Below, piece after piece: positions 47,768 to 61,735 of a stretch of 64,000 nucleotides of DNA (its first letter is position 1; each line of letters starts with the position of its first letter). The stretch comes from Azolla caroliniana. Lineage: Eukaryota > Plantae > Polypodiophyta. Made by a program: the position numbers and the translations under genes. The notes under the pieces were generated by a model that was not told where the DNA came from, did no database searches, and was given only the letters and a program-made list of their open reading frames with translations. The stretch covers positions 8,060,001 through 8,124,000 of the forward strand of contig JBHGNT010000010.1 in assembly GCA_043228905.1 (NCBI GenBank). Reading direction: 5' to 3'.

Positions 47768-50700
47768 GTTCCCTTGAGCCATGTCGGGCAGAAAGGGAAA
47801 CTTATGAACGTGTTACACGTCCCGACCATCATGAAGAATCTGGTGTCGGTCAGGCAGATCGTCGACTAGGGGATGCAGGTTCAATTTACACATCTTGGGT
47901 GCTTCATTGAGGAAGAAGGCCGTATTATTGCGCAAGGGCGCAGAGATGGGAGGATGTTCATCCTCGACTCTACTGACGGTAGCACCGCAATGTTCGTGAA
48001 GGGATAGAAAATCGAGTTGGACATCGACTTATGGCACAAGCGGATAGGCCCGCAACTTAAGGACCTGCAATCGAAACAGGTGGTGTTCGGATTGCCCAAA
48101 TTTAGTGGCCAGAAGGCACAAATTTGTAAAGCCTGCCAGCTTGGGAAGCAACACCGACTTCCCTTCCCCAACGAGCGTAACCGGAGCCGGAACAAGCTCG
48201 ACTTGATACACTCCGATGTGTGAGGGCCGGCACAAAACGTTAGTCTTGGTGGGAGCCGATATTTCGTCTCCTTCATTGACGACTATACGCGACACACATG
48301 GATCTACCTCATCGAGAGGAAGAGCGAAGTCTTCGACTATTTCCGGGACCTCAAAGGGTTCGTGGAAATGGAAACAGGAAGAAAGATCAAGTGCTTGCAG
48401 TCGGATGGCGGAAAAGAATACTTTTCCGGTCAATTCAATGGTTATCTACAACAGATGGGAATTCGGTGGGAATTCAGTTGTAGATACACGCCGGAGCAAA
48501 ACGACATGGCGGAGAGGAAAAATCGGTCGGTTGTGGAAGCGGCAAGGGCAATGCTGGAGGAGAAGAGCTTGCCCAAGTTCTACTGGGCCGAGGCGGTAAG
48601 GACCGCAGTATACATCCATAACCGAATCGGAGATAAAGTGTCGGCGCATGAGCTATATTTCGGAACGAAGCCGAACTTGCGACACTTACGAGTTTTCGGT
48701 AGCATTGTGTATGTGCATGTGCTGAAGGAGAAAAGGAGCAAGTTGGACGTGAAAGCCGAGAAGTGTATCTTGGTCGGCTATTTGGACGAGCAGAAGGGTT
48801 ATAAGTGCTATAACCCGCGCACCAAACAAGCGCGCGTGAGCCGCGACGTTGTGTTTGACGAGTCCGCGTCCTGGTACTTGCCCCCAACTTCGGACCTCAC
48901 CTCCAATCCGAGTTCTGACGATGAGGATAGCGAGGCCGTGGTGCCTCTGGCTGAGCCTGAAGTCGGGACCCCCGAAGAGAGTCCGATTTCGTTTCAGTTA
49001 AGTGGACCGAATGGATGACTGAGTCGTTTCGACCAGTCCAATGAAGAGTCGGCGAGTAGTGGAGACTTGGTCGTGCATTCCTCGCGCAGGAAGCCGAGGA
49101 GACGGCTTACGCGCAAAGAGAAAGGGAAGAAGAAGGTGTCGGATTCCAGCACGGATAGGCACGAGTCAGATCGACGCGAGTCCGACTTCGAGGGCAGCGG
49201 TGACGGGTCTTCAAGATCAAAGTCCGCGTCAACCGAGAAGACCTCGACATCGGCTAATGACCGATTACGCCGATCTACCTGCCAGAAGAATGCAGTTGTG
49301 CGGTTCGGATACAACGAGTACATGGCGCATCATTATGCGTACATGACCCGTGTAGCGGAAGTGCGTGAGCCGGAGAGCTAGGCAGAAGCGGCTCAGGATG
49401 CGAATTGGCACGCCGCGATGGAGGAAGAGATGCACGCATTGGCGGAAAATGAGACCTGGGACTTGGTTGATGCATCGAAGGGTGTGAAGCCGATCGGATG
49501 TAGGTGGGTGTACAAGGTCAAGTACAACACCGACGGCTCAGTCAACCGATACAAGGCTCGGTTAGTAGCGAAAGGCTACGCGCAGAAACACGGCATCGAC
49601 TACGATGAGGCGTTTGTGCCGGTCGCGAAAATGACGACCGTCCATGTTTTGCTCGCGGTAGCTGCGGCAAACGGGTGGCACTTACATCAGATGGATGTAA
49701 AGAATGCATTCCTGCAAGGTGAGTTTGAGGAACAGGTGTACATGGTACAACCCCCCGGATTTCACTCCGGAACGAACACGTCGGCTATGTGCCGATTGAA
49801 GAAGTCCCTTTATGGACTGAAGCAAGCCCCGCGTGCATGGAACGCGAAGATCACGCAGCAACTGCGTCAGATGGGCTTTGCGACATCGAAATCGGACTCC
49901 TCACTGTTCATCCGGAAAGGTCGACTCGGTTCGGTAAGTATTTTACTATATGTTGATGACTTGGTCATCACCGGCGCCGACTTAGGTGAAGTCGATCGCG
50001 TGAAGCTCCAGCTTGCGGCATCATTCGACATGAAGGATCTGGGGGACCTTCATTACTTCCTCGGGATCGAAGTGATCCGCACCCCCGAAGGCATACTGAT
50101 CAGCCAACGTCATTACACACTACATATGCTCTTCAAATTCGGGATGGCAGACTGTAAGTCCGTCTCGACTCCTTTGGATAGAACCCTCAAGCTACGCCCC
50201 GAGTCCGGAAAGGTATGCGACCCGACGAAGTTCCGACAGATAGTCGGCAACCTCATATACTTGACCATCACCCGACCCGATCTCAATTATCCGGTCGGGA
50301 TGATCAGTCAGTTCATGGTGCGACCTACCGAGGAGCACCTTCAGTGGGCGCAACGCATACTGCGGTATGTAAGTGGCACTAAGGACCGGGGACTGCTATA
50401 TCGGACCGGTATAGCCTCGCAGTTGGTCGGTTATACCGATGCTAATTGGGCTGGCAAAGCCGCCGATTACCGATCCACGTCCGAATACGTGTTCTCTCTT
50501 GGGAGTGCCGCAATAGCGTGGAGTAGCAAGAAGCAGCCGATAGTTGCGCTGTTGAGCACCGAAGCCGAGTATAGAGGAGCGGTTGTCGCAACATGCGAAG
50601 CCATATTGTTGAAGCGGCTACTTACGTACATGCAAGAGGAGGCGTCCGATTCAACAACGATCTATTGTGACAACCTCAGCAGCATCCAGCTCGCGAAGAA

Positions 50701-52854
50701 CCCCGTTTTCCACGCACGGACCAAGCACATTGAGGTACACTACCATTTTGTCCATGAGCATGTCCTTTCTGATGAAGTCGAACTTCAGTATGTTCCGACG
50801 GATCGGTAGACCGCCGACATCTTCACCAAGCTTCTTGGTTTGGACAAGTTGCGGCAATTCGTGGGTGCGCTTGGATTGCGTCACCTCGACGTGCCAAACT
50901 TGAGGGGGAGAGACGTCCCGAATGATCATGGAAGGAAGCAGGAAAGGAGCGGAGAAGACCGCAACGCCGAGTCGGATGACGAATTCGATTTCGGATCGGC
51001 TGAAGAAGCCGAGGGTGGATCCGCGGAAGAGTCTAAAAGTGGACATAAGGAGAGCAGCCGGAAGGAAGAGCCAAAGCCAACCAAGCATGGGGGAAATGAT
51101 GCCGTCAAGGGCGAGAAGACCGAAGACGAGTTGGAGACAGCCAACTCGGACGAGAGCGAAAACTGATCAAAGGTAGCCGAGTCTGTTCGGATGTTTTATT
51201 CGGATATACTGAATCAACCGAGGGCCAAGCAGAGAAGAAGGCAGCAGGAGAAGCGCCAACACCGCGACAGCAAGGGAGCTGTGAAGGGCCATGGGAGCAG
51301 ACAAGCCGACCGGAAGGGTCGAAGCGCGCGGAGTCGAATAGGCCGAGGAGCATGAGCGAGGCGTGGAGCCAGGAGAAGCCGGAGCGTAGATCCGGCGGAG
51401 CAGGCGGAACCTCAAGTTGAGCTTGAGGGGGAGTGTTGAGAGACAAGCTCAACATCGGCCAGATCGGCTAAGCAAGCCAAGGACCGGATCGGTTGGGTCC
51501 GATCGGTTAGGCCGAACCGGTGCGTAAAACGGATACGCAAACCGGTGCGTAGGAAGGCCGTATTGGTGCGTAAACCGAAAGGCCGTTAGAAAGATATTCC
51601 TCGTAAGGAATAATTTTGGGAGTAAGAGTCGAGGCTCATTTATGAGCAGTCAAGTAGTGTCAGTACTTGTGTCAGCCCGATTGTCAGGGCTTGTATAAAA
51701 AGTGCTCACTAAGCACATCCTATGTACAGATTGAGTATTATTTTTGAATTAAGTTCTGTGTTTACTCTCTCTCTGTCTCTCCCGTGCGTATTGTGCAAAC
51801 CTAAGCTTTCCATTAAACCTACGTTTTCTGTTGTTCGTTTTTCCTATATTGCTTCCGCACGCAATTCTTTTCAGTGGGCTCCCGTGGTTTTTCTCTATTA
51901 GGGTTTTCCACGTAAACATCTTGTGTTCACTCTTTAGGTCCCATTTCTGTGTTCTCCATCCTCATTTTCTATGATTCCAGACTCGATTGTGGCCGAGTAA
52001 CATTCCGCGATTCTCATCACAAAATGAGTCTAATTTCATCCCACAGACCATCATCCCACAGACCATCATCACTCATCCTGATCAAAAACATAAAATCTAC
52101 TTCATTAAGTCCACATCAACCATCTCGTTCTCGCCGATTACCATCAAAATCCTGTACCATCTCGTTCTCGCCGATTTGTAATCTCATGTTCCTTGTGCTA
52201 ATCATGTGTTTCATTCTTAACTTTGCGCATTAATCATTGTTGGACTCTGCTTTCCCTTTGGCTCTCTCTTCTCTTTGAATCTGCCTTCCCTTCAACTCTG
52301 CTATGAGGAGACTTCGACTCCGACGAGCTTTCAAGTGTAGTGACCTTTCAACTCCTAGGAGCCTTTGACTCTGACAATATTTTGACTCTAACGAGCCTTC
52401 GAGTCACCCATCGTCTTTGGTTCAAGTCCCATGTGGTCCAACTCAGATTTCACAAGCATCCATGTAACTTCACAATATCGTTCCTCAAATGTTAGCAAAA
52501 AGTTTATCACTCTATGTTCAACCTTAGTAGTATCAACTATATTGAAATGAGTACAATGGAAATTAATAATTGTAGATCTAGAATGTCATTGGTTGCAATA
52601 TGGATCTTTGAGGACTTGGATCTTGGTGTCTAGCTAGATGCTTGGCATCTAGCAGCTCCCTCATTTACAGTTAATGCATTACAAAGTAAAGCTTGCTCCT
52701 TATTTCTATGGCATCTATACCAACCTTAGATTTCATTACAATGACCAATGATAACTTGTGATAATTTAAACACCTTAGGACAGGGAGGAACTAGCCATCT
52801 ATAGTTAAACATAATTACATTTAAATTATGAAAACATGTTCATGTACTATATAA

Positions 52855-53400
52855 AATTTGATTGTAACCATCAATGTATATATTACATAAGTGATTCTAA
52901 CCCTATCTATATATCTATCAAAATATGATTCTAACCCTATTACAAAGCTATAATTTGATTCTAGCCCTATCTACATAATTGTTAGAATCTGATTTTAACT
53001 CTAACTATCTATATATATTTTAGAATCTAATTGTCACCATCTAAAATATATATATACATTATATCTGATTCTAAGCTTCACTACATATCTATCAGAATAA
53101 GATTTTAACCATTAGTGTATATACGACATATTTCATTCTAACCCTAACTACATATAAGTTAGAATATGATATTAAACATCAATGTATATACGATACATGT
53201 GATGCTAATCCTAATTTTAGCCAAAATCTTATTCTAACCATCAATGTATAAATGATACAAGTGATTCTAACATTGACCTCATATATGATAGAATGTATTT
53301 CTAACCCTAACTACATATGTGTCAGAATGTGTTTCTAACCCTAACTATATATCTGTCAAAATGGGTTTCATGCTATTAGAATGTGTATACAACATACATG
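52855..53400. repeat. Degenerate ~40-bp AT-rich minisatellite (GATTCTAACCCTA core)
   Basis: Recurrent gattctaaccct/tctaaccatcaatg units. Confidence 0.75.
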
Positions 53401-54570
53401 TGTATTAAAACATAGGAGTGTGGAGCTCAAAACCCACACATTGTTTTGGGTCTTGGGTATAATGTGAATTGGGAGACTATTCTCGATTTGGAGGTGGTTA
53501 ACAATGTATGGCTTTGACAACACAATACCATACCTCTATATAATGAAACATTGTAGCTACTGATGAGGACACCTCATATTGCAACATGCTAATTTGGACC
53601 ATGTATTTTAAGCGAAAACAATGTTGATTAACTATGTATTTTAGGCTGGAAAGCAGGAGATCAACTTTGGAGCTAAGAAGCACCATTATGAACACTTTGA
53701 ATATTTGGGTATGAACATGGAATTTTATTGTTTAGTTTTTTAGTGACTCGCGTTCATCTCCAAGGTTTAAATGTTTGGATGTAGGATTTATTGTTTGGGA
53801 TGTAAAATGTAGGGATTAGGATTTACATTTATAATTTGGAGTTTAGGATTTAGATGTAAATTTTGGGGTTTTGGATTTATTTACTTATAAAGTTTAGATT
53901 TGGAGGTGTGGATTTCAATGTATGTGGTTTACATGGCTTAGTCAACATGGTTTTAGCATTAGGGATTTGTATTTAGGATTTTATGTGCAAGGTTGTTAAG
54001 GTAGAACCTAGAGTACCAAAAAAAACAAAGTGGCAAGGAATTCAAGGGAACATAAGAAAAATGGCTCCAAAGAGTTTGTCCATGCATTTATGAGGTGAAG
54101 TAGATTGGCCTAAAAATAAAGTAAAGGATCCTAGCATTAAATAACGAGCATGAGAATTGACTAGTGCTATAGAGTCTTCTACCCACAAGCATTGAACCAC
54201 AACCACACTCAGCGTACAATCAATTCTTGCAAGTTCACCTTCGGAAAGCATCTTAGCAAGCTCCTATCATAGGTGGAATAAGGGAGGTATGTAGGTTTCT
54301 AGAAAAACATTAAACATCCTACAACATAATAAGTTCTTATATTTTCTATTAAGCATGGGGACGATTCTCTTTGGAGCTGATTTCTCAAAGTAATGTAGTA
54401 TGAAATTGCATGTTCATCTTTTCATTCCATGCCAATGGCAAGTACACAAATAGATTACTAGTGATTGTAATGTTATTTTTGTGTTCTAATTTTCTTGTTT
54501 GGTTTAGTTATTTAAGTTTATCTCGATTGTCCATTATGAAAGGTCTACATGTTCATGTTATGTTTATAGG

Positions 54571-55103
54571 CATAGATTGACACATACATGATATTCGCGA
54601 TATTCGAGAATATGAAATGGCCTCAAGAATATTATAAAACCATTCCTTTTCAAAATAAATTTACATAATAAAAATTATTTAAATCACTAAAAAATTAATT
54701 AATTTACTAAAAAATAATTAATTCACTAATAATTAAATAATTAAGGTTTTAGCCGAAATTAGGGTTTCCGCAAAACCCTGGTCCTTGAGTTTGCAAGCCA
54801 AGAATATGACTACATCCGTCGTGTAGAGGATGCAGGTGAGAAGGGGAACTATGGTCGAAATTAGGGTTTTGACTGAATTTAGGGTTTTCGGTGGAAACCT
54901 TAATTTTCAGACCGAGAACAAGATAAAAGGGGAGGCGAGGATGCAGTGAAAAAAATTTGAATATTTTTGTTTTTTCAAAAATAAAAGAAAAAACTAATAC
55001 TTTTACAAGCATTAGTATTCGTATTCGTATGCATTTGTTTTTGTATTCGTATTCGTATGCATTTGTGGGGTCTTCCCTACGAATGCGAATATGTCAATCT
55101 ATG
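54571..55103. mobile_element. hAT-type MITE
   Basis: TIRs CATAGATTGACA / TGTCAATCTATG. Imperfect 8-bp TSD TTTATAGG/GTTATAGC. Subterminal ATTCG/CGAAT motifs. Confidence 0.85.
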
Positions 55104-55111
55104 GTTATAGC

Positions 55112-56089
55112 CATAGAATGAACCATACGTATCATACGTGCATTCGCATTCGAGAATGATTCAATCAAACGTGTATGGTAAATCATCTCAAAGTTGGATT
55201 GGATTGACTAGGGTCTATATTATGTATTGATTCACTCTCAATCCTAATAAGTGGACTCTAATCCATTGTGAACCACCAACATAAGTATGGTTGCAATATT
55301 TGCATTGTATCACATGCATACTTTTGGGATGCAAATCAAGACATCTCTATCATCCTCACTTTAGAACTTTACAAAAAAATGAGTATGAACTATAGAGATT
55401 GAATCAAAATATGTCATTATAAATTATAATCAAACGTTCAAAAACTCATAAAACGTATAATCGAGAATATGAAGAAAACATGACATAGGCAATAGTAGCA
55501 TAACAACTTACCACTAGGGTGACCTAATTTCTAATAAGAAAGAAAGAAAGAAAGAAAGAAAGAAAAAGGAACATGACACTAACATAAAATTTTGCCATGA
55601 CATAGGTAGTAGTAGCATAACAACTTACCACTCAGGTGAGCTAATTTCTAATAACAAAGAAAGAAAGAAAAAGAAGAAAAAGGAACATGACACTAACATA
55701 AAATTTAGCCATGACACTAACAAGAGGACATGAGTAAGTTGGGAATCAAACCCAAGACACAAGTGATAGTAACACAACAACTTACCACTAAGTTGTGCTT
55801 AGTTGTAATAATAAAGAAATAAAAGAAAAAAACTATTATAACACTAATATAAAATTTTGCTATGACATGGTACTAATGAGATAGAGAGAGAGAAAGAGAT
55901 GAGAAAATTGGGAATCAAACCCAAGACATAAACAACAATAGCACGACTCCTTATCACTAGGGTGAGCTAAATTATAATGATAATAAATGAAAAAAATGAA
56001 AAAAAAAGGAGCACGTATTTTTCCCATTTCAAACGTGTTCATTTCCAAACATTGGAATGCTTGCACGAACACGAATATTACATTCTATG
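55112..56089. mobile_element. Non-autonomous DNA transposon (CATAGAATG TIRs) containing a tandem tRNA-like array
   Basis: TIRs CATAGAATG / CATTCTATG. Ends match the 21505 element. TSD not conserved. Confidence 0.65.
55480..55975 (-). repeat. Four tandem tRNA-derived/SINE-like units separated by (AAAG)n
   Basis: Minus-strand A-box-like (T)AGTG(G/A)TAAG in all four units. T-arm TTGGG-TTTGATT-CCCAA in two units (55739, 55908). Confidence 0.6.
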
Positions 56090-59000
56090 GTTGCAAGAAA
56101 AGGAGAGGACAACCATTGCTGGATAAAGGCTAGTCGTTGTCTTTCAACTCTATTGGAGTCACCCTTGAGGCCATCATATTGGCTCTTTAGAGTGGCTATA
56201 GCTTCACTCCATTGCACGCTTTGGTTGGAAAAGACCCGTCTACACCGTTGTTTCCATAGAATCCAAAGAGTTATTGGGCTGACCAAGTCCAACAACTTGA
56301 GATTTGGCACTAATAGGAGTTGAGTGGATATTGCCGATGGTGGAGAAAAAAATCTCTTGTGCTTTTATAACCAAAGTCATCCCCTATTCCTGATGCTCAT
56401 AACTGTCAATTGGGGCCTGCCATGATAGCCAACATACATTCCCCCACTTGATTGAGCCTTGCACCTGACATACATTTTAATACAATTGGACACACTATAC
56501 AATTAGGAGAGTTGAGGTTCCCACGCTGTCATGCACCAACCGATCGTGACTTATGTATTAATAGCCATTGGAAAGTGGTAATTCGCCCCGCATGTTGTTG
56601 GTTCCAGAGTTTTTGCCAAAACTTGGTGATAATTGTGTAAGGAACATTATATGTGTGCCAGATCTTTGCAGTAGCTAGCTCTCGGGCGGATTGAGCGGCT
56701 ATAATATGGAGACCCAATCTAGTTGTGAATTGAAAGAAAGGGATAGGTTTGCTTCCTTGCCCCGCATAAGGATCACACCATGTCCATTGCAAAGGGTCCC
56801 AATTGACTTTACGTAGCCATGTGTTTTCATGAGTACATATGTGCCAATCTGGTTGTACTTTGATCGGATCCGGATCTACAATCCATTTTTGCTTAATATA
56901 TGCTAGTACTCGAATTGCCTTATGTTGTGTTGATGTCTCGTTGTCCTACAATTCAAAGCCTTCAATCCTGTACGATGTGTCCCTACCTCTCGGGATCAAA
57001 GAGCCCTCCTCCTTGTAGCATATCCATTTCTCTGTTGTTGTCCTTTGATGAGCAGCTTCCCTAATCAGTAGAGCGTTAATGATTTCAGATCTCATAGCCC
57101 ATCCGCCCCTGATTCCATGGAGGATGTTGGCTTGGTCTTGTATTGGCAATGCCATAAATTGTCCCCAACATTCTATACTTTTTCCTGGACCTTCCAACAT
57201 GTATCCCCATGACATCCCTGACTTGATCCAATTAGTTGATTAGATTCATCCCTAATACATGGGTTCCATAGGATACGTTGACTAAGCTAGGCAGGTTTGG
57301 AATTGGGTTGATCGCACTTGAGTCCTCATCTAATGTCACACCACACCTTCCACATGGATGCACTAAATCTATCCTCCAGTTGGTGGGAGAAACTAGGTTT
57401 GAGATCCAACCTGGTTGGAGTCCTTGCACCACAAATTTGGCGAGTAGGGCTTTGGATTGTAACAGAGGATCAATCAGACCCAACCCTCCTCTCAACATAG
57501 GTGATGTGAGTATAGGTAACACCACCTTGGCCCCAACGGCATGATCTTCCTTACTAGACCAGATGTAGTTGTGTACTAGTCATTCCTTGGTTGGAGTCCT
57601 CACACCAGAAATTTGGTGAGTAGGGCTTTTGATTGTGACAGGGGAACAATAAGACCCAATCCTCCTCTCAACTTAGGTGATGTGAGTATAGGCCACGCCA
57701 CCTTGGCCCAAGTTGTATGATCTTCCTTACCAGACCAAACGTAGTTGCGTACCAATCGCGGAATATAGTGTATACTTTACTTGGAGATTGTCCAACATGA
57801 TAGGTTGTACCATGTTGTTGCGAGTAATAATTGGTTTGCCACTATGATGTGCTCCGTTAGCGAGAGTTTTTTCGAACTCCAATGTATTAACTTTTGTCGA
57901 ATGGAGTAAATAACTGTTGTAATCATAGTCTCTAGGGGTATGTTGAACCCAATTTGGAAACCCAAATATTTGGTGCTCGCTCCTTGATTGATCCACTTGA
58001 AAGCGGGATCTGGGTGCCACGTAGGATGTGCTTCATGAGATAGCCATATTGCATAGGATTTGTGCCAATTGATCATGGCATTGGATCTCTTGCAAAAGAC
58101 GGCTAAACCACTTTCTAGCTTTTGTAAATTTTCCAAGCCGCCTTCCAAGTAGACCGCAGTGTCATCTGCAAATTCTATATCTAGGAGGCTTTGGTGAGAA
58201 TGTGGCACACGAAGACCACGTAGGCTTAGATGCCGCGACTTGGGAAAGCTAGAGAGTGCTTCGGCGTATAATAGAAATAAGGATGGAGCCAATGGGCAGC
58301 CCTATCGGACAGACCGTGATATTCGAAAGAAAGGGCCCCTTTCACCTGCTAGTGAAACACAACTGGTGGCGTTCCTATAAAGTCCCGCAATGCCTTTGAT
58401 CCATGACTCATGAAAGTTGAGTTTCTCCATCACACTTTCTAGAAATTTCTAGCATACCCTGTCATATGCTTTCTCAAAATCTAGGAGCACCACAACTACC
58501 CTATTGTTGGTACGCTTGGCAAGGGCTACCGCTTCCCAAAATGAGAAGAGGTCTAGGATGCTCCGATTTCTAGCAAAACCTGTCTAGGACGGATGAATGA
58601 GCTGACGGAGAAGTGGTGCTAAGCGGCGTGCCACAATTTTTGCGAGCAACTTATAGACAATATTGAGGAGAGTTATGGGCCGCCACTTACTAATGTCATT
58701 GGCACTCCCACCACTTTTAGGAATGAGATGTATCATCCCTTGTCCAAATTCCTCTGGTAATTTTCCACAGGTGACGATCTCCTCATATGCCTGGAGAAGG
58801 TCTTCTTTAATAGTGTCCCAAAGGCACGTGAAAAAGTGAGGGGTGAGGCCGTCGATTCCGGGGCAGCTATTTGCATCCAAATCAGAGAGGGCCTCCCATA
58901 TCTCGATGATTGATAGGGAACGCATGAGCCATGTATTCATTTCCGTCGTGACCTTCTCAGGTATGCTTTGGAGGATAATATCTTCTCGTATGTCTTCCCT

Positions 59001-61735
59001 TATGGCCTTATTATCTTCAGTAAGTAGTCGCTTAAAATAACTTGTGGCAATATTCCTCATTTCGTCTCCATCCTCCGTGGTAGTTCCATCCGCTCGGTTA
59101 AGGCTGCACATCATTGTTCTAGCGTGCCTCGATACCTTGGATCGGAAGAATTCCTTCGTGGTTCTATCCCCTACTCGAATCCATCGAGCCATGCTTCCAT
59201 GAAACTCCATGTCATAGATTGCCTTTTCTGCCATGATGAGTTCATGTTTGGCCATGGCAACTTGTCCCGTGATCCAACTACATGCCAGGTATCGTTGTTG
59301 GAGTCGTTGTAAGGCTATTAGTCCCCGTTTTGTCCTCTATCACTTTTCTTGAGCATCCTTACTTCTAGTCTTGACAATCTTGTGTAGTAGAGTTGAAGCT
59401 CTTGATAATTTAGCTAGAAGTTTGTCAGATGCTAATGAGGCATTGACGGGTAGTGACCATTGGTTGGCAAGTTGTTCCTTCACCTCTATAACTGTGTAGA
59501 TAGTGTGTGAGATTCGAGGCTAGAATGAACCCCACTTTTGGTGCAAGTGAAAGTGACCGATTACTAGGTAATGGTCATAGAAAATCGTGCATGTAGTTAT
59601 GCGACACCACCCTCCCTTCGCTTCTAGGGCCTCGCCTATATAAAGACAGTTGAGGCGAGATAGGGTGGGTCCACTATTTCGCCCATCTGATCGAGATAAT
59701 AAGAGAGAGTTTCTTTTTCATTGCAAGTTGTCGGAATACCATATATCTCGCAAGTTAAGGTGTACATATAACTTCTCCCATTGTGTACGTTCCCTTCCTT
59801 ATATGACTCTGGGGTTGTTGTTAGAGCTATCATGAATGGATTCGATCATATTAAAATCCCTTCCAATGCACCACTCCTCCGCACCCACTACTTGTTGGCG
59901 AATGCACTCCCAGAATGTTGCCCGTTCTCTGTTGCTATTTGGAGCTAAAACATTCATGAAATTCCAGCGTTGCCCTTGGATGACCAACGTGCAAAAATGT
60001 GCCCTTCCAAGTATCAATGATTCTTGGTGTATTAAACCTTGGGATAGATGTTCCTGAATCAAAGTGAAAATACCACCATGATTTCCATCCTCCCCTATTG
60101 CTCGCTCCCAAATTGTTCGCCATGATCTTGGTAAAAGATCTCCGACTTCCTTTGAAAGTGTACTATCAAGGTGGTGTTCCTACAACATGATGATGTCAAC
60201 AGCACCTCCTAATATATATTCCTCAAGATCTCTTCTTAGTTTCCATCTATTTTGCTGGTCTAGTCGACTCTTGAGCCCTTGCACATTCCATGTTACAATC
60301 TTCATACTCATGGAATGGGGTGGGAGATTGCCATTTGTGCCTAATGCTTTGCACAACATGTCATGAGTGGGGAGCACTCACCATTTAGACATCCAGTCAT
60401 TTCCATTTATGGAATGATGGTCCACATCCATGAGTGGAGTTTGTGGGCTATCCTGTGAGCTTCAATCGCCCCTTCATGCTTCTCATAGAAATAGAAAAAG
60501 CTTGGAGTTAGTTGGGTGTCTATGATAATCCGCTGGTGGATGTGGCAGAGATGAGGTTCCTCTTCATCCATGGTGCACCAGAATTAGGTGTTATTCCAAT
60601 GCTGCTTTAGTTCATTCATAAGGTCTTCATCTCTTATTTTTGTTATAAAGCATGCAACTTGGCTACATAGCGTATCTTTAATCTTGGATTTCGATTAGTC
60701 TTCCTGTGACAGAAGCAAGAGTGGAAAGGAGATTGAGTTCATCAGAACTCCGTTATTGGGTACCGTTGATACATGTACCCTTATTTTTTCCACTGTCTTG
60801 TGCCCTATACCTAGCCATTTCAAGGCATTTTGCGGGTGTGGTTCAAGGTCTTGGCTAGAGGAAACACACTTATTTGTGTCCAAAAGACTATGATCTGAGG
60901 CGTGACATTCAAACTTCTGCCTTGGTTAGTTGCTTCTGCATTGAGTGTCGTTCTGCTCAAGCTTCGTATTAAGGTCTTAACATGACTTATCCTTCTTCAC
61001 TTCCCTGTTTTGTAAGCTTTAACGAGAACTTTCTCTTGTGTGCTTGGTGTCACCTTAGGCCGTTCCATGGGGCTTAAGAGAGAACTAGGGGAATGCTCAT
61101 CCATGGGGGAGAGCTCTTGTAGTAGGTCAAATCGGTTGGGGCTCATAGGCGATGTAGGATTTTGTGCCTATGGAGTTTTCCGAAGGATATGGGTTTTTCC
61201 CACCACTCGCCATTCCATCACAGCCTTATTGGGTCGTGGTGGGGGAGGCTTCTGATGTCCTATGGTGTCCTGACCTTCCAGGGTCTCCTTTGTAGGATCT
61301 TTAATACGTCTTGAGAGGGAATTCTTTTTTAAATGACCAAGTTTTTTTGCATGCAAAACATTGCCCCAGTGCGCTAATCACTTCTATGTGTTGTTCAATC
61401 CGCATTCCGTTTTTCCCGGGAATGAGGATCTTGGGGGGAAGTTTGTTGACATCATGCACCAATAGGCGGATAGAGGGAGGGCCTAGGTGCTTCTTTAGCC
61501 TGTCTGCTAGCGTTAGTTCCTCGTCCAGCATCATACCAAGGGAGTTGCCAATAGTAGGAAGTAATATGTTGTATTCTAAGGATAATCCTGGAAACAACAT
61601 TGTTACCTTTTTCATGGAATCATCGTGTTGCGCAACCTTCTCTGGGTTAAAACCATGTGTCCATTTACGCATGAATAACCATGTGTTTCGGACCTGACAG
61701 GGAGACATTGCTATGAGGTTCGTTGCGGAATCCTT
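56090..61735 (-). mobile_element. L1/Tx1-type LINE relic (copy 2): ORF1 (CCHC) and ORF2 (APE endonuclease, RT, zf-RVT), degenerate
   Basis: GQCFACKKLGH, MKIVTWNVQGL, CIGRDFNMIES, CPGIDGLT, WRPITLLNIVYKLLAK, EFADD and KYLG. Multiple stops. Confidence 0.93.

Larger units (their letters stand above)
40828..51873 (+). mobile_element. Ty1/copia element A4 (subfamily b), gag-deleted, containing nested element A3
   Basis: LTRs 40828-41445 (rearranged) and 51434-51873. TSD GTGGG. PBS at 41446. pol remnants 47773-51166 (RT/RNase H ORF 49418-50809). Confidence 0.96.
40461..52019 (+). mobile_element. Solo LTR (about 508 bp, Tnt1/Tork-like) split by an 11-kb nested copia insertion
   Basis: TG at 40461 and CA at 52019, TSD CAAAA on both sides. 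Halves are 40461-40827 and 51879-52019. CCCGTGGTTTT/CCACGTAAA motif. Confidence 0.9.

Noticed and set aside
52855-53990. Telomere or interstitial telomeric array
   Set aside because: AACCCT and GGATTT cores occur in longer degenerate units, not as (TTTAGGG)n.
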